Origin: Paragordius varius
Taxonomy: Eukaryota; Animalia; Nematomorpha
DNA length: 64,000 nt
Direction: 5' to 3'
Assembly: GCA_964247055.1 (NCBI GenBank)
Contig: OZ176052.1
Location: 13,764,001 to 13,828,000, forward strand
Below the pieces are notes generated by a model, which searched no databases, was not told the DNA's origin, and worked only from the letters and a program-made list of their open reading frames with translations. How positions within the stretch are numbered: position 1 is the stretch's first letter; every line of letters starts with the position of its first letter. Positions 1 to 11,680 of this stretch are shown one piece after another. A program made the translations under genes and the position numbers.

Positions 1-30
1 AAGTATTTGGGGTGATGATGGAACTACCAT

Positions 31-91
31 AGGGCTACCCAAAAAAATTATAGTGACATCACCTGATCAAATTTGGATTTTAGGTAGCCAT
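31..91. repeat. Imperfect 14-bp inverted repeat within each monomer: AGGGCTACCCAAAA (31-44) and TTTTAGGTAGCCAT (78-91)
   Basis: The reverse complement of the right arm is ATGGCTACCTAAAA, a 12/14 match to the left arm. The spacer holds CAAATTTG and TGATCA palindromes, plus GGTGA-CA-TCACC in ATGGTG-type monomers. Confidence 0.9.
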
Positions 92-117
92 TTTTATTTT
101 TAAAATCGTATAAAATA

Positions 118-141
118 AATTTTTTAAATATTTAAAAAATT
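118..141. repeat. Perfect 24-bp palindrome AATTTTTTAAATATTTAAAAAATT (first instance; present in most monomers)
   Basis: The sequence equals its own reverse complement. It extends to 30 bp (ATAAA...TTCAT) with one mismatch. Confidence 0.97.
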
Positions 142-340
142 CATAAAAATTACATTTATACTCCGATCTCGAAAATATTTGGGGTGATGATGGAACTACC
201 ATAGGGCTACCCAAAAAAAATTATAGTGACATCACCTGATCAAATTTGGATTTTAGGTAGCCATTTTTATTTTTAAAATCCTATAAAATAAATTTTTTAA
301 ATATTAAAAAAATTCATAAAAATTACATTTATAGTCCGAT

Positions 341-357
341 CCCCAAAGTATTTGGGG
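341..357. repeat. Monomer-junction hairpin CCCCAAA-NTA-TTTGGGG (only in AGTCCGATCCCC-type junctions)
   Basis: A 7-bp perfect stem with a 3-nt loop. It is absent in junctions of the ACTCCGATCTCGAAAA type. Confidence 0.9.
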
Positions 358-3300
358 TGATGATGGAACTACCATAGGGCTACCCAAAAAAATTATAGTG
401 ACATCACCTGATCAAATTTGGATTTTAGGTAGCCATTTTTATTTTTAAAATCGTATAAAATAAATTTTTTAAATATTTAAAAAATTCATAAAAATTACAT
501 TTATACTCCGATCTCGAAAATATTTCGGGTGATGATGGAACTACCATAGGGCTACCCAAAAAAATATAGTGACATCACCTGATCAAATTTGGATTTTAGG
601 TAGCCATTTTTATTTTTAAAATCGTATAAAATAAATTTTTTAAATATTTAAAAAATTCATAAAAATTACATTTATACTCCGATCTCGAAAATATTTGGGG
701 TGATGATGGAACTACCATAGGGCTACCCAAAAAAATTATAGTGACATCACCTGATCAAATTTGGATTTTAGTTAGCCATTTTTATTTTTAAAATCGTATA
801 AAATAAATTTTTTAAATATTTAAAAAATTCATAAAAATTATATTTATACTCCGATCTCGAAAATATTTGGGGTGATGATGGAACTAGCATAGGGCTACCC
901 AAAAAAAATTATGGTGACATCACCTGATCAAATTTGGATTTTAGGTAGCCATTTTTATTTTTAAAATCGTATAAAATAAATTTTTTAAATATTTAAAAAA
1001 TTCATAAAAATTACATTTATACTCCGATCTCGAAAATATTTGGGGTGATGATGGAACTAGCATAGGGCTACCCAAAAAAAATTATGGTGACATCACCTGA
1101 TCAAATTTGGATTTTAGGTAGCCATTTTTATTTTTAAAATCGTATAAAATAAATTTTTTAAATATTTAAAAAATTCATAAAAATTACATTTATACTCCGA
1201 TCTCGAAAATATTTGGGGTGATGATGGAACTACCATAGGGCTACCCAAAAAAAATTATAGTGACATCACCTGATCAAATTTGGATTTTAGGTAGCCATTT
1301 TTATTTTTAAAATCCTATAAAATAAATTTTTTAAATATTAAAAAAATTCATAAAAATTACATTTATAGTCCGATCCCCAAAGTATTTGGGGTGATGATGG
1401 AACTACCATAGGGCTACCCAAAAAAATTATAGTGACATCACCTGATCAAATTTGGATTTTAGGTAGCCATTTTTATTTTTAAAATCGTATAAAATAAATT
1501 TTTTAAATATTTAAAAAATTCATAAAAATTACATTTATACTCCGATCTCGAAAATATTTGGGGTGATGATGGAACTACCATAGGGCTACCCAAAAAAAAT
1601 TATAGTGACATCACCTGATCAAATTTGGATTTTAGGTAGCCATTTTTATTTTTAAAATCCTATAAAATAAATTTTTTAAATATTAAAAAAATTCATAAAA
1701 ATTACATTTATAGTCCGATCCCCAAAGTATTTGGGGTGATGATGGAACTACCATAGGGCTACCCAAAAAAATTATAGTGACATCACCTGATCAAATTTGG
1801 ATTTTAGGTAGCCATTTTTATTTTTAAAATCGTATAAAATAAATTTTTTAAATATTTAAAAAATTCATAAAAATTACATTTATACTCCGATCTCGAAAAT
1901 ATTTCGGGTGATGATGGAACTACCATAGGGCTACCCAAAAAAATATAGTGACATCACCTGATCAAATTTGGATTTTAGGTAGCCATTTTTATTTTTAAAA
2001 TCGTATAAAATAAATTTTTTAAATATTTAAAAAATTCATAAAAATTACATTTATACTCCGATCTCGAAAATATTTGGGGTGATGATGGAACTACCATAGG
2101 GCTACCCAAAAAAATTATAGTGACATCACCTGATCAAATTTGGATTTTAGTTAGCCATTTTTATTTTTAAAATCGTATAAAATAAATTTTTTAAATATTT
2201 AAAAAATTCATAAAAATTACATTTATAGTCCGATCCCCAAAATATTTGGGGTGATGATAGAACTACCATAGGGCTACCCAAAAAATATTATGGCGACATC
2301 ACCTGATCAAATTTGGGTTTTAGGTAGCCATTTTTATTTTATAAAATAAATTTTTTAAATATTTAAAAAATTCAAAAAAATTAGATTTATACTCCGATCT
2401 CGACAATATTTGGGGTGATGATGGAATTACCATAGGGCTACCCAAAAAAAATTATGGTGACATCACCTGATCAAATTTGGATTTTAGGTAGCCATTTTTA
2501 TTTTATAAAATAAATTTTTTAAATATTTAAAAAATTAATAAAAATTACATTTATAGTCCGATCCCCAAAATATTTGGGGTGATGATAGAACTACCATATG
2601 GCTACCCAAATTATGGCGACATCACCTGATCAAATTTGGATTTTAGGTAGCCATTTTTATTTTTAAATCGTATAAAATAAATTTTTTAAATATTTAAAAA
2701 ATTCAAAAAAATTAGATTTATACTCCGATCTCGACAATATTTGGGGTGATGATGGAATTACCATAGGGCTACCCAAAAAAAATTATGGTGACATCACCTG
2801 ATCAAATTTGGATTTTAGGTAGCCATTTTTATTTTTAATATCGTATAAAATATATTTTTTAAATATTTAAAAAATTCATAAAAATTACATTTATACTCCG
2901 ATCTCGAAAATATTTGGGGTGATGATGGAACTACCATAGGGCTACCCAAAAAAAATTATGGTGACATCACCTGATCAAATTTGGATTTTAGGTAGCCATT
3001 TTTATTTTTAAATCGTATAAAATAAATTTTTTAAATATTTAAAAAATTCAAAAAAATTAGATTTATACTCCGATCTCGACAATATTTGGGGTGATGATGG
3101 AATTACCATAGGGCTACCCAAAAAAAATTATGGTGACATCACCTGATCAAATTTGGATTTTAGGTAGCCATTTTTATTTTTAATATCGTATAAAATAAAT
3201 TTTTTAAAAATTTAAAAAATTAATAAAAATTACATTTATACTCCGATCTCGAAAATATTTGGGGTGATGATGGAACTACCATAGGGCTACCCAAAAAAAA

Positions 3301-3779
3301 TTATGGTGACATCACCTGATCAAATTTGGATTTTAGGTAGCCATTTTTATTTTTAAAATCGTATAAAATAAATTTTTTAAATATTTAAAAAATTCATAAA
3401 AATTACATTTATAGTCCGATCCCCAAAATATTTGGGGTGATGATGGAACTACCATAGGGCTACGCAAAAAAAATTATGGCGACATCACCTGATCAAATTG
3501 GGATTTTAGGTAGCCATTTTTATTTTTAAAATCGTATAAAATAAATTTTTTAAATATTTAAAAAATTCAAAAAAATTACATTTATACTCCGATCTCGACA
3601 ATATTTGGGGTGATGATGGAACTACCATAGGGCTACCCAAAAAAAATTATGGTGACATCACCTGATCAAATTTGGATTTTAGGTAGCCATTTTTATTTTT
3701 AAAATCGTATAAAATAAATTTTTTAAATATTTAAAAAATTCATAAAAATTACATTTAAAGTCCGATCCCAAAAATATTT

Positions 3780-6700
3780 GGGGTGATGATGGAACTAGCA
3801 TAGGGCTACCCAAAAAAAATTATGGTGACATCACCTGATCAAATTTGGATTTTAGGTAGCCATTTTTATTTTTAAAATCGTATAAAATAAATTTTTTAAA
3901 TATTAAAAAAATTCATAAAAATTACATTTATAGTCCGATCCCCAAAGTATTTGGGGTGATGATGGAACTACCATAGGGCTACCCAAAAAAATTATAGTGA
4001 CATCACCTGATCAAATTTGGATTTTAGGTAGCCATTTTTATTTTTAAAATCGTATAAAATAAATTTTTTAAATATTTAAAAAATTCATAAAAATTACATT
4101 TATACTCCGATCTCGAAAATATTTGGGGTGATGATGGAACTACCATAGGGCTACCCAAAAAAAATATAGTGACATCACCTGATCAAATTTGGATTTTAGG
4201 TAGCCATTTTTATTTTTATAATCGTATAAAATAAATTTTTTAAATATTTAAAAAATTCATAAAAATTACATTTATACTCCGATCTCGAAAATATTTGGGG
4301 TGATGATGGAACTACCATAGGGCTACCCAAAAAAAATTATGGTGACATCACCTGATCAAATTTGGATTTTAGGTAGCCATTTTTATTTTTAAAATCGTAT
4401 AAAATAAATTTTTTAAATATTTAAAAAATTCATAAAAATTACATTTATACTCCGATCTCGAAAATATTTGGGGTGATGATGGAACTACAATAGGGCTACC
4501 CAAAAAAATTATAGTGACATCACCTGATCAAATTTGGATTTTAGGTAGCCATTTTTATTTTTAAAATCGTATAAAATAAATTTTTTAAATATTTAAAAAA
4601 TTCAAAAAAATTACATTTATACTCCGATCTCGACAATATTTGGGGTGATGATGGAATTACCATAGGGCTACCCAAAAAAAATTATGGTGACATCACCTGA
4701 TCAAATTTGGATTTTAGGTAGCCATTTTTATTTTTAAAATCGTTTAAAATAAATTTTTTAAATATTTAAAAAATTCATAAAAATTACATTTAAAGTCCGA
4801 TCTCAAAAATATTTGGGGTTATGATGGAACTACCATAGGGCTACCCAAAAAAAATTATGGTGACATCACCTGATCAAATTTGGATTTTAGGTAGCCATTT
4901 TTATTTTTAAAATCGTATAAAATAAATTTTTTAAATATTTAAAAATTTCAAAAAAATTACATTTATACTCCGATCTCGACAATATTTGGGGTGATGATGG
5001 AATTACCATAGGGCTACCCAAAAAAATGTATGGCGACATCACCTGATCAAATTTGGATTTTAGGTAGCCATTTTTATTTTTAAAATCGTATAAAATAAAT
5101 TTTTTAAATATTTAAAAAATTCATAAAAATTATATTTATACTCCGATCTCGAAAATATTTGGGGTGATGATGGAACTAGCATAGGGCTACCCAAAAAAAA
5201 TTATGGTGACATCACCTGATCAAATTTGGATTTTAGGTAGCCATTTTTATTTTTAAAATCGTATAAAATAAATTTTTTAAATATTAAAAAAATTCATAAA
5301 AATTACATTTATAGTCCGATCCCCAAAATATTTGGGGTGATGATGGAACTACCATAGGGCTACCCAAAAAAAATTATGGTGACATCACCTGATCAAATTT
5401 GGATTTTAGGTAGCCATTTTTATTTTTAAAATCGTATAAAATAAATTTTTTAAATATTTAAAAAATTCATAAAAATTACATTTATACTCCGATCTCGAAA
5501 ATATTTGGGGTGATGATGGAACTACAATAGGGCTACCCAAAAAAATTATAGTGACATCACCTGATCAAATTTGGATTTTAGGTAGCCATTTTTATTTTTA
5601 AAATCGTATAAAATAAATTTTTTAAATATTTAAAAAATTCATAAAAATTACATTTATAGTCCGATCCCCAAAAATTTAGGGTGATGATGGAACTACCATA
5701 GGGCTACCCAAAAAAAATTATGGTGACATCACCTGATCAAATTTGGATTTTAGGTAGCCATTTTTATTTTTAAAATCGTATAAAATAAATTTTTTAAATA
5801 TTTAAAAACTTCATAAAAATTACATTTATAGTCCGATCCCCAAAATATTTGGGGTGATGATGGAACTACCATAGGGCTACCCAAAAAAAATTATGGCGAC
5901 ATCACCTGATCAAATTTGGATTTTAGGTAGCCATTTTTATTTTTAAAATCATATAAAATAAATTTTTTAAATATTTAAAAAATTCAAAAAAATTACATTT
6001 ATACTCCGATCTCGACAATATTTGGGGTGATGATGGAACTACCATAGGGCTACCCAAAAAAAATTATGGTGACATCACCTGATCAAATTTGGATTTTAGG
6101 TAGCCATTTTTATTTTTAAAATCGTATAAAATAAATTTTTTAAATATTTAAAAAATTCATAAAAATTATATTTACACTCCGATCTCGAAAATATTTGGGG
6201 TGATGATGGAACTAGCATAGGGCTACCCAAAAAAAATTATGGTGACATCACCTGATCAAATTTGGATTTTAGGTAGCCATTTTTATTTTTAAAATCGTAT
6301 AAAATAAATTTTTTAAATATTAAAAAAATTCATAAAAATTACATTTATAGTCCGATCCCCAAAGTATTTGGGGTGATGATGGAACTACCATAGGGCTACC
6401 CAAAAAAATTATAGTGACATCACCTGATCAAATTTGGATTTTAGGTAGCCATTTTTATTTTTAAAATCGTATAATATAAATTTTTTAAATATTTAAAAAA
6501 TTCATAAAAATTACATTTATACTCCGATCTCGAAAATATTTGGGGTGATGATGGAACTACCATAGGGCTACCCAAAAAAAATATAGTGACATCACCTGAT
6601 CAAATTTGGATTTTAGGTAGCCATTTTTATTTTTATAATCGTATAAAATAAATTTTTTAAATATTTAAAAAATTCATAAAAATTACATTTATACTCCGAT

Positions 6701-7450
6701 CTCGAAAATATTTGGGGTGATGATGGAACTACCATAGGGCTACCCAAAAAAAATTATGGTGACATCACCATATCAAATTTGGATTTTAGGTAGCCATTTT
6801 TATTTTTAATATCGTATAAAATAAATTTTTTAAATATTTAAAAAATTCATAAAAATTACATTTATACTCCGATCTCGAAAATATTTGGGGTGATGATGGA
6901 ACTACCATAGGGCTACCCAAAAAAATTATAGTGACATCACCTGATCAAATTTGGATTTTAGGTAGCCATTTTTATTTTTAAAATCGTATAAAATAAATTT
7001 TTTAAATATTTAAAAAATTCAAAAAAATTACATTTATACTCCGATCTCGACAATATTTGGGGTGATGATGGAATTACCATAGGGCTACCCAAAAAAAATT
7101 ATGGTGACATCACCTGATCAAATTTGGATTTTAGGTAGCCATTTTTATTTTTAAAATCGTTTAAAATAAATTTTTTAAATATTTAAAAAATTCATAAAAA
7201 TTACATTTAAAGTCCGATCTCAAAAATATTTGGGGTTATGATGGAACTACCATAGGGCTACCCAAAAAAAATTATGGTGACATCACCTGATCAAATTTGG
7301 ATTTTAGGTAGCCATTTTTATTTTTAAAATCGTATAAAATAAATTTTTTAAATATTTAAAAAATTCAAAAAAATTACATTTATACTCCGATCTCGACAAT
7401 ATTTGGGGTGATGATGGAATTACCATAGGGCTACCCAAAAAAAATTATGG
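3780..7450. repeat. 14-monomer higher-order duplication (offset 2417 bp)
   Basis: ACTAGC at 3794 and 6211, TATTTTTATAATCG at 4211 and 6628, CGTTTAAAAT at 4741 and 7158. Confidence 0.82.
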
Positions 7451-7879
7451 TGACATCACCTGATCAAATTTGGATTTTAGGTAGCCATTTTTATTTTTAA
7501 AATCGTAAAATAAATTTTTTAAATATTTAAAAAATTCATAAAAATTACATTTATACTCCGATCTCGAAAATATTTGGGGTGATGATGGAACTACCATAGG
7601 GCTACCCAAAAAAATTATAGTGACATCACCTGATCAAATTTGGATTTTAGGTAGCCATTTTTATTTTTAAAATCGTATAAAATAAATTTTTTAAATATTT
7701 AAAAAATTCAAAAAAATTACATTTATACTCCGATCTCAAAAATATTTGGGGTTATGATGGAACTACCATAGGGCTACCCAAAAAAAATTATGGCGACATC
7801 ACCTGATCAAATTTGGATTTTAGGTAGCCATTTTTATTTTTAAAATCGTATAAAATAAATTTTTTAAATATTTAAAAAA

Positions 7880-10800
7880 TTCATAAAAATTCCATTATAC
7901 TCCGATCTCGAAAATATTTGGGGTGATGATGGAACTACCATAGGGCTACCCAAAAAAAATTATGGTGACATCACCTGATCAAATTTGGATTTTAGGTAGC
8001 CATTTTTATTTTTAAAATCGTATAAAATAAATTTTTTAAATATTTAAAAAATTCATAAAAATTACATTTATAGTCCGATCCCCAAAATATTTGGGGTGAT
8101 GATGGAACTACCATAGGGCTACCCAAAAAAAATTATGGCGACATCACCTGATCAAATTTGGATTTTAGTTAGCCATTTTTATTTTTAAAATCATATAAAA
8201 TAAATTTTTTAAATATTTAAAAAATTCAAAAAAATTACATTTATAGTCCGATCTCAAAAATATTTGGGGTTATGATGGAACTACCATAGGGCTACCCAAA
8301 AAAAATTATGGCGACATCACCTGATCAAATTTGGATTTTAGGTAGCCATTTTTATTTTTAAAATCGTATAAAATAAATTTTTTAAATATTTAAAAAATTC
8401 ATAAAAATTACATTTAAAGTCCGATCCCAAAAATATTTGGGGTTCTGATGGAACTACCATAGGGCTACCCAAAAAAAATTATGGTGACATCACCTGATCA
8501 AATTTGGATTTTAGGTAGCCATTTTTATTTTTAAAATCGTATAAAATAAATTTTTTAAATATTTAAAAAATTCATAAAAATCACATTTATACTCCGATCT
8601 CGAAAATATTTGGGGTGATGATGGAACTACCATAGGGCTACCCAAAAAAATTATAGTGACATCACCTGATCAAATTTGGATTTTAGGTAGCCATTTTTAT
8701 TTTTAAAATCGTATAAAATAAATTTTTTAAATATTTAAAAAATTCATAAAAATTACATTTATACTCCGATCTCGAAAATATTTGGGGTGATGATGGAACT
8801 ACCATAGGGCTACCCAAAAAAAATTATAGTGACATCACCTGATCAAATTTGGATTTTAGGTAGCCATTTTTATTTTTAAAATCGTATAAAATAAATTTTT
8901 TAAATATTTAAAAAATTCATAAAAAATACATTTATACTCCGATCTCAAAAATATTTGGGGTTATGATGGAACTACCATAGGGCTACCCAAAAAAAATTAT
9001 AGTGACATCACCTGATCAAATTTGGATTTTAGGTAGCCATTTTTATTTTTAAAATCGTATAAAATAAATTTTTTAAATATTTAAAAAATTCATAAAAATT
9101 ACATTTATAGTCCGATCCCCAAAATATTTGGGGTGATGATAGAACTACCATAGGGCTACCCAAAAAAAATTATGGCGACATCACCTGATCAAATTTGGAT
9201 TTTAGGTAGCCATTTTTATTTTTAAAATCGTATAAAATAAATTTTTTAAATATTTAAAAAATTCAAAAAAATTACATTTATACTCCGATCTCGACAATAT
9301 TTGGGGTGATGATGGAATTACCATAGGGCTACCCAAAAAAAATTATGGTGACATCACCTGATCAAATTTGGATTTTAGGTAGCCATTTTTATTTTTAAAA
9401 TCGTATAAAATAAATTTTTTAAATATTTAAAAAATTCATAAAAATTACATTTATAGTCCGATCCCCAAAATATTTGGGGTGATGATGGAACTACCATAGG
9501 GCTACCCAAAAAAAATTATGGCGACATCACCTGATCAAATTTGGATTTTAGGTAGCCATTTTTATTTTTAAAATCATATAAAATAAATTTTTTAAATATT
9601 TAAAAAATTCAAAAAAATTACATTTATACTCCGATCTCAAAAATATTTGGGGTGATGATGGAACTACCATAGGGCTACCCAAAAAAAATTATGGCGACAT
9701 CACCTGATCAAATTTGGATTTTAGGTAGCCATTTTTATTTTTAAAATCGTATAAAATAAATTTTTTAAATATTTAAAAAATTCATAAAAATTACATTTAA
9801 AGTCCGATCTCGACAATATTTGGGGTGATGATGGAATTACCATAGGGCTACCCAAAAAAAATTATGGTGACATCACCTGATCAAATTTGGATTTTAGGTA
9901 GCCATTTTTATTTTTAAAATCGTATAAAATAAATTTTTTAAATAATTAAAAAATTTATAAAAATTACATTTATACTCCGATCTCGACAATATTTGGGGTG
10001 ATGATGGAATACCATAGGGCTACCCAAAAAAAATTATGGTGACATCACCTGATCAAATTTGGATTTTAGGTAGCCATTTTTATTTTTAAAATCGTATAAA
10101 ATAAATTTTTTAAATATTTAAAAAATTCATAAAAATTACATTTATAGTCCGATCTCGAAAATATTTGGGGTGATGATGGAACTACCATAGGGCTACCCAA
10201 AAAAAATTATGGTGACATCACCTGATCAAATTTGGATTTTAGGTAGCCATTTTTATTTTTAAAATCGTATAAAATAAATTTTTAAAATATTTAAAAAATT
10301 CATAAAAATTCCATTATACTCCGATCTCGAAAATATTTGGGGTGATGATGGAACTACCATAGGGCTACCCAAAAAAAATTATGGTGACATCACCTGATCA
10401 AATTTGGATTTTAGGTAGCCATTTTTATTTTTAAAATCGTATAAAATAAATTTTTTAAATATTTAAAAAATTCATAAAAATTACATTTATAGTCCGATCC
10501 CCAAAATATTTGGGGTGATGATGGAACTACCATAGGGCTACCCAAAAAAAATTATGGCGACATCACCTGATCAAATTTGGATTTTAGTTAGCCATTTTTA
10601 TTTTTAAAATCATATAAAATAAATTTTTTAAATATTTAAAAAATTCAAAAAAATTACATTTATACTCCGATCTCAAAAATATTTGGGGTTATGATGGAAC
10701 TACCATAGGGCTACCCAAAAAAAATTATGGCGACATCACCTGATCAAATTTGGATTTTAGGTAGCCATTTTTATTTTTAAAATCGTATAAAATAAATTTT

Positions 10801-11680
10801 TTAAATATTTAAAAAATTCATAAAAATTACATTTAAAGTCCGATCCCAAAAATATTTGGGGTTCTGATGGAACTACCATAGGGCTACCCAAAAAAAATTA
10901 TGGTGACATCACCTGATCAAATTTGGATTTTAGGTAGCCATTTTTATTTTTAAAATCGTATAAAATAAATTTTTTAAATATTTAAAAAATTCATAAAAAT
11001 TACATTTATACTCCGATCTCGAAAATATTTGGGGTGATGATGGAACTACCATAGGGCTACCCAAAAAAATTATAGTGACATCACCTGATCAAATTTGGAT
11101 TTTAGGTAGCCATTTTTATTTTTAAAATCGTATAAAATAAATTTTTTAAATATTTAAAAAATTCATAAAAATTACATTTATACTCCGATCTCGAAAATAT
11201 TTGAGGTGATGATGGAACTACCATAGGGCTACCCAAAAAAAATTATAGTGACATCACCTGATCAAATTTGGATTTTAGGTAGCCATTTTTATTTTTAAAA
11301 TCGTATAAAATAAATTTTTTAAATATTTAAAAAATTCATAAAAAATACATTTATACTCCGATCTCAAAAATATTTGGGGTTATGATGGAACTACCATAGG
11401 GCTACCCAAAAAAAATTATAGTGACATCACCTGATCAAATTTGGATTTTAGGTAGCCATTTTTATTTTTAAAATCGTATAAAATAAATTTTTTAAATATT
11501 TAAAAAATTCATAAAAATTACATTTATAGTCCGATCCCCAAAATATTTGGGGTGATGATAGAACTACCATAGGGCTACCCAAAAAAAATTATGGCGACAT
11601 CACCTGATCAAATTTGGATTTTAGGTAGCCATTTTTATTTTTAAAATCGTATAAAATAAATTTTTTAAATATTTAAAAAA
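7880..11680. repeat. 14-monomer-offset duplication (7880-9260 repeated at 10299-11679, offset 2419 bp)
   Basis: TCCATTAT at 7891 and 10310, GATTTTAGTT at 8161 and 10580, GGTTCTG at 8441 and 10860, AGAAC at 9141 and 11560. Confidence 0.88.

Larger units (their letters stand above)
1..2225. repeat. 8-monomer-offset duplication (1-840 repeated at 1380-2220, offset 1379 bp)
   Basis: Private markers TATTTCGGGT at 521 and 1900, and TTTTAGTTAGCC at about 767 and 2146. An internal 345-bp dimer carries ATCCTATA, TATTAAAAAAA and CCCAAAG. Confidence 0.85.

Noticed and set aside
16-33. Mini-ORF ATGATGGAACTACCATAG (MMELP-stop) and other short ORFs per monomer
   Set aside because: Only five codons. The AT-rich half is dense in TAA/TTA, and the unit length is not a multiple of three, so there is no coding signal.
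4-60. G-quadruplex or telomeric repeat
   Set aside because: Only one G4 run and one G3 run occur per 173 bp, and there is no short telomere-type unit.
31-91. MITE or terminal inverted repeat element, or rho-independent terminator
   Set aside because: The inverted repeats are internal to each monomer, with no target-site duplication or dispersed context. The T-tract after GGTAGCC is part of the satellite, and there is no upstream gene.
100-160. TATA-box or bacterial -10 promoter-like motifs (TATAAAA)
   Set aside because: Expected by chance in 94% AT sequence. There is no associated gene or transcript evidence.
1-173. CENP-B box or identity with primate alpha satellite or Drosophila 1.688 (359-bp) satellite
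   Set aside because: No YTTCGTTGGAARCGGGA-like motif and no recognisable similarity beyond length or AT richness.
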